Origin: a bacterium
GTDB lineage: Bacteria; SAR324; NAC60-12
Direction: 5' to 3'
DNA: 64,000 bases
NCBI GenBank assembly: GCA_965205865.1
Contig: CBDBHR010000029.1
Coordinates: 640,001 to 704,000 of the forward strand
Shown here: one piece after another, positions 42,768 to 52,355 of the stretch
Numbering within the stretch: position 1 is the stretch's first letter
How the letters are laid out: each line of letters begins with the position of its first letter
Position numbers and translations under genes: made by a program
Notes under the pieces: generated by a model
Told to the model about the DNA's origin: nothing
Databases searched by the model: none
Seen by the model: the letters and a program-made list of their open reading frames with translations, nothing else

Positions 42768-43332
42768 GATCGTTTGGAATCATGACAATAACCCTGACTG
42801 CCCTTATACACCTTTCTAAGAGAATGGAAAGTCAATCAATGATGGATTTCATTCACCTGTTTGCCAAGGCGCATACATTACTTTGATGGATAAATTTACA
42901 CCAATGAGATGATATTCTCTTCCAACCCGAAAATAAAAGAGGAAATCGGCTGCCACTTTCCTCTATGGTTTCCCGGGATGGCCTCTTTCCATTCCAAATG
43001 CCGGAACTCGAGTTTGGCACCTTCTAAAATACCGATGCTCTCCCTCTCGAGTGTTGTTACCCTGAAAACCGGGGGAAACGCACCGGAAAACGCCGTCTAT
43101 TTGCAAAATAACAACACTCCAGAGGGTCAATTTTACTGAGAACAGACACCAACACTCCAGAGGGTGATTACCCATGAAAGAGGGTTCTCTTTTTATCCTC
43201 TTGTGAAGAAAATGAGGTCAGCTTCCACATTGGTTTCCATTCAAAAAATGAGAAATCACATGAAGAACTGGTAAAAAAGAGAGGAGGTGATTATACTCAA
43301 ATGCCAATGTCCAACCAATCGGAGCGAAAACT

Positions 43333-44217
43333 ATGACAGAGAAACGAATCATCCGTTTTGACTGGGCTATCAAAACGGTCCTACGCGATAAAGCCAATTT
43401 TGATATTCTGGAAGGGTTTCTGACGGCTCTCCTCAAGGAAGAGATCCGCGTGGTTTCCCTTTTAGAGAGTGAGAGCAATAGCGCGGAGGAACAACAAAAG
43501 TTCAATCGGGTGGACCTACTGGTGAAGGATTCTCGAGACCGTCATTTAATTATTGAAATTCAAAATCAGCAGGAAGCGGATTATTTGGAAAGACTGCTCT
43601 TCGGAACCTCGAAGGTGATTGTCGAAAACCTGCCACTCGGAGAGACCTACGATCAGATCAAAAAAGTCATTTCCATCAGTATTCTATACTTCAACCTGGG
43701 TTTGGGAAAGGATTATGTTTATTATGGAAAGACGGAATTTCGTGGCATCCATAGCAATGATCTCTTAAAAATCCGTGAGAAAGTCAAAGGTCCTGATCAT
43801 CTCACTCATCTTCAAGCAAAAAAGAACCTCTTTCCTGAATACTACTTGATCCGTGTGGAGAGCTTCCAGGATATGATCGAAGCAGACTTGGATGAATGGA
43901 TCTATATGTTAAAACACGAATCCATCAAGTCGGAATTTAAATCGAAGCACATTCGTGAAGCCGGGAAAAAATTAGACCTTTTGAAAATGGGTTCTGAAGA
44001 ACGCAAACGTTATGAAAGGTATCTTATGCATTTGGTTTCGGAACGAGGAATCATCGAGACAGCAAAAGCAGAGGGGAGAGAAGAAGGAATCGAAAAAGGA
44101 ATCGAAAAAGGAATCGAAAAAGGAATCGCTGACATGGCAAGAGAAATGAAACAAAAAGGGATTGATCTAAAAATGATCAGTGAAATTTCCGGATTGTCTC
44201 CGGAGGAGATTGAATAA
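43333..44217 (+). CDS. Rpn family PD-(D/E)XK nuclease / putative transposase, copy 1
   Basis: RFDWAIK, RVDLL..IIEIQ; GIEK x3. Confidence 0.9.
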   Translation: MTEKRIIRFDWAIKTVLRDKANFDILEGFLTALLKEEIRVVSLLESESNSAEEQQKFNRVDLLVKDSRDRHLIIEIQNQQEADYLERLLFGTSKVIVENLPLGETYDQIKKVISISILYFNLGLGKDYVYYGKTEFRGIHSNDLLKIREKVKGPDHLTHLQAKKNLFPEYYLIRVESFQDMIEADLDEWIYMLKHESIKSEFKSKHIREAGKKLDLLKMGSEERKRYERYLMHLVSERGIIETAKAEGREEGIEKGIEKGIEKGIADMAREMKQKGIDLKMISEISGLSPEEIE

Positions 44218-44271
44218 TTATAAGATCCTCTTACTTCTTTCCTAAAACGAGCTAACCATCAGCTTTAGCCC

Positions 44272-44500
44272 ACCAATCCGGTGAATGCGCTGTGGATGGT
44301 TCCCGGGACCCACCAGCAGGACGAGCTCGATATCGTCGCACGGATCCAGGCCAATGGGGGGTCGGATCGTCTCCCGGGGGCCGTCCCGATGCTGTGTCAA
44401 CCGGGCGATGTGGTGATCATGAACCGCCAGGTGTTGCATGGACCCTTTGCCAACACCTCGCCGGTCATGCGGGCGACTTAACAGTTTGGCTTTCACAGTA
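44272..44500 (+). pseudogene. PhyH-family internal fragment (also ~54908-55133 and ~62393-62621)
   Basis: ALWMVPGTH..PGDVVIMNRQVLHG.FANTS. Confidence 0.75.
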
Positions 44501-44504
44501 GAGA

Positions 44505-44745
44505 AGTCCGCGACCAGGCGTCCCCGCGCCTCACAGTAATGTGGGGTATAAAGCCGGATGGACCAAGAGTGTAGACCTCGTCATTGAGCCCCGAAAGCGA
44601 AGGATCATGTTGGAGGAAAGCCGACAGCCTTCAAGTGTCGGAAGGCAGCAGTCCGAGTGCGCATCAAAGGGCTGGCACAAGGACACCACCGAAAGGTCGA
44701 CCCCGCAGGCTCGAAGAGCGGGGCATGCGCTCATATGAGTAAAGT
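44505..44745 (+). ncRNA. Group II intron domain I fragment (also ~55138-55375 and ~62625-62865)
   Basis: ATTGAGCCCCGAAA..GCCGAC..GGAAGGCAGCA..AAGAGCGGGGCATG, in the same order as domain I motifs of the 9696 intron; no 5' GTGCG or domain V. Confidence 0.65.
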
Positions 44746-44863
44746 AAGCAAAAGTCACCCCGCAGACTTGACCCCTTTACTGAGCATCCCCCCAGTTGGG
44801 AACATCGGGTGGTAAGCCCAGTCCAAGGAAGCTCAGCGCGGCCTCCCACAAAGGGAGAGATTC

Positions 44864-45802
44864 CTACTGATGGAAGGGGTTGACCAGTCGGGCCAGGAGG
44901 CCTCGTTTGTGTTTCCTTGCGGCGCCGTAACTGCCCTCTCCGCCCCTGAGCCGGGGATCGAGCAGATCGCGCATGGCATCGCCGAACATGTTGAAGGAGT
45001 AGACGACAATCGTCAGGCAAAGCCCCGGCCACAGGGCTAGATGGGGCGCTATCTCCATGTACCTGCGACCTTCTCGGCTGAGCAGACCGCCCCAACTGGG
45101 AACACTGAGGGGCAGACCGAATCCCAGGAAGCTCAAAGAAGCCTCAGAGATAATCACCCCGCCGATGTTGATGGTGAAAATGATGAGGACGGGCGCCACA
45201 ATATTGGGCAGGACATGCTGGATAAATATTCTCTCCTGGGTGCAGCCAATCGCCTTGGCTGCCTGAAAATACACATTCTCTTTGATACCAATCACGGCGC
45301 TGCGGACAATTCTTGAGGCGCTGATGCCCCCGACGACCCCCAGGACCACGATGATCTGCAGGACCCCCCGTCCCACGATGGACATGATGGTCAACAGCAA
45401 GAGCAGTCCCGGAAAAGACATCCAGGCATCGACGAAGCGCTGCACCGCCAAGTCGAATTTACCGCCAATGAATCCTGAGAGACCGCCTATCAGGACACCG
45501 ACCCCCACATTGAGGGTGGTCGCCGCCAGACCGACCATTAAAGAAAGACGCGCCCCATAGATCAGGCGGCTCAGGAAGTCTCGCCCCAGATGGTCCGTCC
45601 CCAGCAGATACTTGGTGGATGCCCCCTGCAGCCTGTCTGCCGGGTGGACTTCCGCAAAGGGATAAGGGGCCAGCACCTCGGCAAAGATCGCCACCAGAAT
45701 AAAGAGCAATACAATCATCCCACTGAAGGCCCCCAGTGGCTTCTCCTTGAAAAGTCTGACAAAGAAATGAGCCAGTCGGCTCCGTCGCCTGGATTCACTC
45801 AT
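44864..45802 (-). CDS. Peptide/nickel ABC permease (DppC/OppC type)
   Basis: LGTDHLGRD, EAA loop, HVLPN, GDAMRDLLDPR. Confidence 0.93.
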   Translation of the reverse strand: MSESRRRSRLAHFFVRLFKEKPLGAFSGMIVLLFILVAIFAEVLAPYPFAEVHPADRLQGASTKYLLGTDHLGRDFLSRLIYGARLSLMVGLAATTLNVGVGVLIGGLSGFIGGKFDLAVQRFVDAWMSFPGLLLLLTIMSIVGRGVLQIIVVLGVVGGISASRIVRSAVIGIKENVYFQAAKAIGCTQERIFIQHVLPNIVAPVLIIFTINIGGVIISEASLSFLGFGLPLSVPSWGGLLSREGRRYMEIAPHLALWPGLCLTIVVYSFNMFGDAMRDLLDPRLRGGEGSYGAARKHKRGLLARLVNPFHQ

Positions 45803-46793
45803 ACCGCACCCTCGGATCTAAATAAGGATAAATCAGGTCGATCAGGAGATTGATGGCCATCACCCCGGCGGCGAAAAACAGGTTGATTCCGGAGACCACC
45901 GGGTAGTCTCGGTCGTTGAGGGCTGTCAGCATCAGACCGCCCAACCCCGGCAGGTTGAAGATGTTCTCTATGATCACAGAGCCCCCAACCAGGATCGGCA
46001 ACTGCAGGCCAATCAGGGTCACCACCGGGATGAGGGCATTTTTGATGGTATGTCTGATCACCACGACCCGCTCCCTGAGCCCCTTGGACCAGGCCGTTCG
46101 GATGTAATCCTGCCGCAGCACCTCCAGCATCATGGTGCGTGTCATGCGCATGGTGGTTGCCGAAGCAGCCGTCCCCAGAATCACGCTGGGAATGAATAAC
46201 CCCTTGAGACTTCCCAGTGGGTCTTCGGTGAAAGGAATGTATACCAGAGGGGGCGCCCGGTCCCACCAGATTGCCGGGTATATCATGACCATCAGGGCCA
46301 GCCAGAAGTTAGGCGTGGCCAGGCCGATGATGGCGATGGAGCGTCCTGCGTAGTCGGCGGCGGTATCCTGGCGAATCGCCGAGTAGATGCCGACCGGCAG
46401 GGCTATGACGAGCCCGATTACGATGGCCATGACACCGAGCTCAATGGTTACCGGCAATCTACCTATTATCTTTTCCTCTACCGTCCAACTGCCCATCAGT
46501 GATTCGCCAAGGGTGCCCTGGAGGAGACCTTTAAAGTGGGACTCACCGGTAATCCAGTCAGGGGTTGGCAACACTCCTATCCAGCGTCCATACTGCACGT
46601 GGACGGGCACGTCTAATCCCAGCATATGCACAAGAGCTTCACGGTCAAGGAAGACAGCCTGGTAGCTCAGCCTGCCCAACATTGCGTCTATTGTATCGCC
46701 CGGGATGAAACGGGCCGAGAGAAAGACGAGGATGGTCAATATAAACAAGGTGGGGATTATCAGCAATAACCGCCTGATAATATAGGTTCTCAT
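45795..46793 (-). CDS. Peptide/nickel ABC permease (DppB/OppB type)
   Basis: YIIRRLL, RLPVTIEL, QDYIRTAWSKGL, NLPGLG, LDPRVR. Confidence 0.93.
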   Translation of the reverse strand: MRTYIIRRLLLIIPTLFILTILVFLSARFIPGDTIDAMLGRLSYQAVFLDREALVHMLGLDVPVHVQYGRWIGVLPTPDWITGESHFKGLLQGTLGESLMGSWTVEEKIIGRLPVTIELGVMAIVIGLVIALPVGIYSAIRQDTAADYAGRSIAIIGLATPNFWLALMVMIYPAIWWDRAPPLVYIPFTEDPLGSLKGLFIPSVILGTAASATTMRMTRTMMLEVLRQDYIRTAWSKGLRERVVVIRHTIKNALIPVVTLIGLQLPILVGGSVIIENIFNLPGLGGLMLTALNDRDYPVVSGINLFFAAGVMAINLLIDLIYPYLDPRVRYE

Positions 46794-46822
46794 GTCACGC
46801 TACTCCTCCTATAATACTCTAG

Positions 46823-47800
46823 CTATGTGTCTGTTAACGCCAGGCTGTAGTACTCAGGTTTCGATCTTACCTCTTTAATGAAATCGGCCACTATCTTTTC
46901 GAAATCCGCATACAATGGCTTCCACCCCCATTCCTCACGAGCCCGGCTATCATCGATATTATTGATACTGCGGTAATAATCCATGACCCATGGGTCCGGC
47001 TTATAGGTAAATTTAGCTTCCGGAATGAACTTCTTTATAGCCAGTTCTACCTCCTTGGCCGTTAGTGATGGGAAGACCCCTACTACGTTATAGCAGACGG
47101 TCTCTATTTGCTCTTTTGGTGCATCATACAGCATTTGCGTGGCCCGCATCGCATCTTCATAGTACAGGACAGGAAGTTTGGTGTCTTCGCTGACAGGACA
47201 TTCAGCAGGCCTGCCCAGGGCCGCACTTTGAATCATCCAGGCAATATATTGCAGTTTCTTACTGATCCTAACACTGGGACCAAAGATGTTGGGGTATCGT
47301 ATGCAGCGAAAGTCAAGGTCAAATTTCTTCCGATAGAATCTGCCAATAAGCTCACCATATACCTTGGTTACACCGTACACGCTAGCAGGCCGTTGTAGTG
47401 TCTCATCGGTGATAGTTTCAGTAGGTATTCCCAGCCCATAGGTCATTATACTGCTGGTAAACACCACCCGCTTTACCCCGAAGAGTCGCGCCGCTTCCAG
47501 GACATTCATTATTCCGGCGACATTCCCTTCATAAACGGCCCAGGGGTTCGCGTAATTTTTGGAGCTCGGTATATTTCCAAGGTGAAATACGCCTTCTACG
47601 TTATTTTCCTTGACAACATTCAACACTTCAGGCCAGACCTTTTGGTCTCCCTGGACAACCTTTACGTTATTCTTGATATCCGCCACGCCCTCTATTTGCG
47701 GAGCGATGTCAAACAATATGAGGTCTTCGCCCCTCTCTACCAGTCTATGTGCCAGGCCAGTACCAACCCAACCTGTTCCGCCGGTAATAAGTATAGACAT
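46823..47800 (-). CDS. NAD-dependent epimerase/dehydratase (extended SDR)
   Basis: TGGTGWVG, YGVTK. Confidence 0.88.
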   Translation of the reverse strand: MSILITGGTGWVGTGLAHRLVERGEDLILFDIAPQIEGVADIKNNVKVVQGDQKVWPEVLNVVKENNVEGVFHLGNIPSSKNYANPWAVYEGNVAGIMNVLEAARLFGVKRVVFTSSIMTYGLGIPTETITDETLQRPASVYGVTKVYGELIGRFYRKKFDLDFRCIRYPNIFGPSVRISKKLQYIAWMIQSAALGRPAECPVSEDTKLPVLYYEDAMRATQMLYDAPKEQIETVCYNVVGVFPSLTAKEVELAIKKFIPEAKFTYKPDPWVMDYYRSINNIDDSRAREEWGWKPLYADFEKIVADFIKEVRSKPEYYSLALTDT

Positions 47801-47892
47801 CCTTCTATGCTTCCTTAATTAATATTTCCCTCTTGCTGAAAAAATGGCGTAAATAAGAAACTATCTAACCAACTATTTCACTATTCAATGAG

Positions 47893-47928
47893 AAGGGAGC
47901 TGGGAAGCCTGAGCCCCCCAGCTCCCTT
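47893..47928 (-). terminator. 12-bp stem-loop downstream of the SBP gene
   Basis: AAGGGAGCTGGG..CCCAGCTCCCTT. Confidence 0.55.
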
Positions 47929-47958
47929 AGACGTTTCAGTTATCCCCGAGACCAGGCA

Positions 47959-49767
47959 CTAATGACCCATGGCTTTCTTCAGCTCACTATCAATCCAGAG
48001 ACGGGCGAAGAGGTTAGCATATCTATTATTAACCCCCAAGTCATATTCACCGTTGAAACCTATAACCCACGGCTGGTACACCAGAAAGTTTGGAACTCTA
48101 GGACCCCACCAGAACCAGTGGTTCTCTAACGCGTACATATTGATCTCTTTAGACAACCTGATTTTCTCTTCCATGTCCAGAGTGGCTCCGGCGGCGTCCA
48201 TCATGGCGTCCAGTTCCGGGATGCTAATCCCCGGGTAGTTCGCTATTGCATCCGTGTAAAGATGTGCCTGGAAAACATTAAGGGGGTCGGTATAATCGAA
48301 GCCCATCGCCAATCCACCGGCCAGACCTTTAAAAAGTTGGTTACGTATATTAGCTATAAAAGTGGCGCTCTCGAGTACCATGACCTCTACATCAACGCCA
48401 ATCTCACGCCAGTACGCAGCGTATAATTCATCATCGCCTGGATCGAGACCGGTCCCGATTTGCAAGACGGTCTTGAATCTAATGCCATCCGCGCCGCGCG
48501 GATATCCAGCCGCATCAAGCAACGCTTCTGCCCCTTCCGGGTCATAGATATAGTATTGCTTGACCTCTTCAGGCCACTCTTCAAATGGGACGAAATAATC
48601 CGTAAGGCCTGTCCCTATAAACCCCTGAGGTATCCAATCTGCAAGACCCTTATAGTAGGTCTGGTTCATTGACTCAAGGTCCAGTGCCATCTGCATCGCG
48701 TGGCGCACCCTGATGTCGTCAAAGGGCGGCTTCGTAGTGTTATAGGCACCAGACGTCTCCGACCGAATCGAAAAAGGCCAGAACACGAGTTCGGGGTTGG
48801 TCTCCTTGAGCCTCTCCGCCGTGTCGATAGATCCTATTTGAGCACCTCCACTATTTTCCAGGAAATCGACCACACCCGTGCGCAGTGCCGCTATTCGTGT
48901 TGCCTCTTCTCTCATAAGCAGAGATATGGTCTCGTCAACATAGGGCAGGCGGTTCTCCGGGTATTTTTCGTCAAAGCCCCAGTAGTCAGGATTCTTGATC
49001 CAGGTGATAGAGACGTCATCGGTAAAGTCAGTCAGCATAAAGGGCCCGGTGCCGACCATGTTCCTCCAGTCCGCAACATCACCGTGTTCCTCGATTACCT
49101 CGGGGGAGTTTATAGCAGCACGGGAGTTGAGGAGGATATCACTCAGTCCAGCGAGGGATGGCTTCTCGAGCTTAAAAACAACCGTCCAATCGTCGGTGGC
49201 CGTTACCGATTCGAATCTCGCTGAGAATCTATGTGCTGGGGTAGGTCCGGCTTCACTGAACTTGCCCAGTCCCATTAGACGCTGCCAGTTATATACGACA
49301 TCATCGGCAGTTAGCTCCCGACCGTTCACCGGTGCCTTATTATGCCAGCGAACGCCCTTCCGGATGTGGAAGATTATCGTTGTGTCGTCGGGCGTTTCCC
49401 AGCTTTCCGCCAGCACCCCTTTCATGTTAGACATAGGTACGAACATGCTCTTGAGGTTAAAGACACTCCTGTCCACTCCCCAGTCCGCGATTGCTAGCCT
49501 CTGTACAACGCCGGAGGTGAGGACAGTCCCGCCAGAGAACCAGGAATCACTAGTCGGAGGTTCGGAGATACGAGCCCAGGTTAATGTCCCGCCATACTCT
49601 GGCGCGCTCACCACCTTGCCGGTGGTGGGGTCGGTCACATACTTCTTCTCCGCAGCAACGGCTGCCAAACCAGTCCAAAGGACGATCAGACCCAGGATGA
49701 GGGCCAGCAGGGTTCCACTGAAGGTTGATTTGCTTCTTATCTTTTTCATGATAATTTCCTTTCCCAA
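47959..49767 (-). CDS. Peptide/nickel ABC substrate-binding protein (family 5)
   Basis: Signal peptide, PEYGG, LAESWETPD, GTGPF, PPFDDIRVR; start probably ATG 49749. Confidence 0.93.
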   Translation of the reverse strand: MGKEIIMKKIRSKSTFSGTLLALILGLIVLWTGLAAVAAEKKYVTDPTTGKVVSAPEYGGTLTWARISEPPTSDSWFSGGTVLTSGVVQRLAIADWGVDRSVFNLKSMFVPMSNMKGVLAESWETPDDTTIIFHIRKGVRWHNKAPVNGRELTADDVVYNWQRLMGLGKFSEAGPTPAHRFSARFESVTATDDWTVVFKLEKPSLAGLSDILLNSRAAINSPEVIEEHGDVADWRNMVGTGPFMLTDFTDDVSITWIKNPDYWGFDEKYPENRLPYVDETISLLMREEATRIAALRTGVVDFLENSGGAQIGSIDTAERLKETNPELVFWPFSIRSETSGAYNTTKPPFDDIRVRHAMQMALDLESMNQTYYKGLADWIPQGFIGTGLTDYFVPFEEWPEEVKQYYIYDPEGAEALLDAAGYPRGADGIRFKTVLQIGTGLDPGDDELYAAYWREIGVDVEVMVLESATFIANIRNQLFKGLAGGLAMGFDYTDPLNVFQAHLYTDAIANYPGISIPELDAMMDAAGATLDMEEKIRLSKEINMYALENHWFWWGPRVPNFLVYQPWVIGFNGEYDLGVNNRYANLFARLWIDSELKKAMGH

Positions 49768-49917
49768 TACGATTGAATTAAACAGGGATTTCGAAAGTGA
49801 TTTCGTCCCCCTACCCTGGCTTCTCTTAATTTTTTCATGATAATTTCCTTTCCCAATACGATTGAATTAAACAGGGATTTCGAAAGTGATTTCGTCCCCC
49901 TACCCTGGCTTCTCTTA
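49742..49917. repeat. 89-bp tandem duplication spanning the SBP start region
   Basis: CATGATAATTTCC.. at 49747 and 49836. Confidence 0.9.
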
Positions 49918-50099
49918 TTTTTGGTCATCTCCATAATTTTTCCTTTCTTGTTATGTAACTATTCAGGTCTCTGAAAAACCCGTTCGATATATTTCGTTAG
50001 AGTAAGGAGCGTATTTGCCGCGTTCCTGCTGCTCTGCGGAGTGCTCTACAAATTCCCCATTGGCCTTCCGTTCCAGGAATTTGGAACGTGGGATTTGGG

Positions 50100-50180
50100 G
50101 CTTGGAACTGGGAAACTTAAGGATCTCTCCCCCTCGGACTGGGCGCCGCCGTTGAGACGATACCAAAGGGTAGAACTTGT
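50100..50180 (-). other. Conserved leader motif, copy D
   Basis: TTCTACCCTTT..TCTCAACGGCGGCGCCCAGTCCGAGGGGGAGAGATCCTTAA on the minus strand. Confidence 0.55.
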
Positions 50181-50240
50181 GATTTGTGAATTGGAGTTTG
50201 TGATTGGGAACGTTGAGCTTGTTGCTCGGATCTAATTATA

Positions 50241-50307
50241 CTGGGAGCTGGGAGCTGGGAGCTGGGAGCTGGGAGCTGGGAGCTGGGAGCTGGGAGCTGG
50301 GAGCTGG
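50241..50307. repeat. Perfect heptamer tandem repeat (CTGGGAG)x9
   Basis: Direct count; lies just downstream of the minus-strand -10 box at 50314-50319. Confidence 0.95.
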
Positions 50308-50313
50308 CTTTTA

Positions 50314-51675
50314 AGTTTACTTTCATATCCACCTCATTTTCAAGATGCTTTTATACTTGAAACGGTTTAATTTCAGACTTTCATGTCATCCTGAGGAATT
50401 ATTATGATTAAATCAACACAAAAATGCATTTGGCTCTCTTTTTTGTTAACAGCACTGACAAAGTGTAGCAAAAACGTTAGTATCAACGGACAATATTGCT
50501 CTTCTGTCCCTGGAATAATATTTATAATCGCTCTGCAAATGTTTGTCAAGTATTTAAGGCTATCTGTTCTCAGCTAACCATTTTCACTGACAAAAAAACG
50601 GTATATCAATATGATTCAAAAACTGATAGCTGACAGCAGACGGCTAAAAGCCATTTCGAGACAGCAACTATTTAATGATAATATTTTATAACTAGCAATA
50701 AATCAACTCTTTTTCTTAAGACATATCCGATTAGTCATTTAAAGCAATTTTATCTCATATTGATCTAGAAATAGTATAATCGATCTGCAAATGTATCAAG
50801 ATTTTTTAAATATGGCGACTCATTCATTCATGAGTGTCTTCTGATGATCAACGAAAATATTTTTTCATATTGAGATCCAGAAGTCAACATTTTTGGCACT
50901 TTTCCATTCCCCGTTGACCGTTTCTAAAAATCCTCTGGTGAGGATATGGGTTTTTACATGACTTTCGGCTAAATAATATGAGCGAAATTGAAATAAAACC
51001 TTCATCCAAAGATGATTTCTTGAAATCTATCAAAAAAGAAATAGAAAGACAAGCCGAAATTCTTAAAAACCTTAAGCCCAAGGCGTTTTCGTGAGAACTA
51101 TCAAAATTGCCCTTCCGTCGGCCCAAAGCGTATTCGTTGAAACTTATCAAAAGAGAAAACGAAAAACAAGCAGCCTTTCTTAAAATCCTTCAGCCAAAGG
51201 CGATTTCTTGAAAACTATCACAAAAGAAAAAGAAAGACCAGCAGCCATAAAGACGATTTCTTGAAAACTATCACAAAAGAACGATGATGGCAAAATCCTG
51301 GTAGATTTCATGATCCCCTTCAGTATCCTCTCTATATAACAATATTCAGAGGAGGTCAATCGATTTTTTTTTGCTCACCTTGATTCCTCAGTAGCGAGTG
51401 CTTGTCTCATCCTGGAGTTGATCCTCGCTGCTCTCTGTCTCAGTCCTTGAAAATAGCGAAGGCATCCTTGCAGCACAATATAAAAATATTTAGAGGATGT
51501 CAATAGATTTTTTTTGCTCATCTTAACTCCTCAGTGGCGAGTGCTTGTCTCATCCTGGACTTGATCCTCGCTCTTCTCTGTGTCAGTCCTTGAAAATACT
51601 GGGCAATCCTGCCCTTCCCGGAACGAAAAGCATGGGATTCAGGGCGAATCATTTCAAGGACAGATGCCCACTCGG
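50314..51675 (-). promoter_or_regulatory. Stacked sigma70-type promoters (platform copy D)
   Basis: TTGAAA-18-TAAACT (50343-50314), TTGACA-17-TATAAA (50549-50521), TTGATA-17-TACTAT (~50799-50771), plus two units with -35 boxes near 51359 and 51503. Confidence 0.65.
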
Positions 51676-52074
51676 TAGGCGTTTCGATGGTCCACTGAGA
51701 TAACTGGGAAAACTCTTTCCGTTCTGCAATGCTGAGGACTTTCCTCTTTTGGAAAAATACTTCTAACAGTTTTGAAATACATATGAAGTATTCTTTGTTC
51801 TGTACACAGAATCAATGACACAGTCACCGGGATTGCTTGAATTATTTCAAACTGAGAAACTGACTCAGAGTTGTAAATAATTCAGATACTTTTTCTAAGT
51901 ATTTGAAATGATTTATTTTCAATTTATTAAGAATTAAAAAAATGTCAGAACCATTGTTGGAAGAAGGCAAAGTTATTTTTCTCGATGGGTTTGTCTGTTC
52001 GGTTCCTTTTGACCGGAGACTCCCCTTATCTTTCAAGGGATTGCGGGAAAATCTACCAGGATGTTGCCTTCAGA

Positions 52075-52160
52075 GAGCAAGTGGCGATAAAGCTGATGAA
52101 ATCATGGAGGATTTTCCGAATTGGAAGGCAGAGGATATTGAGGCTTGTCTCGCCACTGAA
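52075..52160 (+). pseudogene. DUF433-like antitoxin fragment
   Basis: DEIMEDFPNWKAEDIEACL. Confidence 0.45.
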
Positions 52161-52355
52161 CTTTGTCGGATGTGGATGCGCATTGGGCATCCATCATCAG
52201 TGAGGGGGGATCGGGCAAAAGGTAGATAACAGTGAACAGTGAGAACCCTTAAGCAGTGGCGGAAGCTTTATTCTCATTGACAAATACTCAGGTTGGATTA
52301 CCATTAATCTTGAAAATTCGGTGATAATCAAAGTAATTTCAATGAAAAAAGGCAA

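Larger units (their letters stand above)
43173..44778 (+). repeat. Rpn module, copy 1 (Rpn + PhyH fragment + group II intron fragment + TGACCCC)
   Basis: Near-identical to 53797-55402 and 61307-62893. Confidence 0.92.

Noticed and set aside
43112-43165. 16-bp direct repeat CAACACTCCAGAGGGT upstream of Rpn copy 1
   Set aside because: Could be a transposon-end remnant, but no partner end or gene supports a call
48995-49840. Long antisense ORFs (also 19486-20250, 56294-57178, 57576-58229)
   Set aside because: Shadow ORFs opposite well-supported genes, with no recognisable motifs
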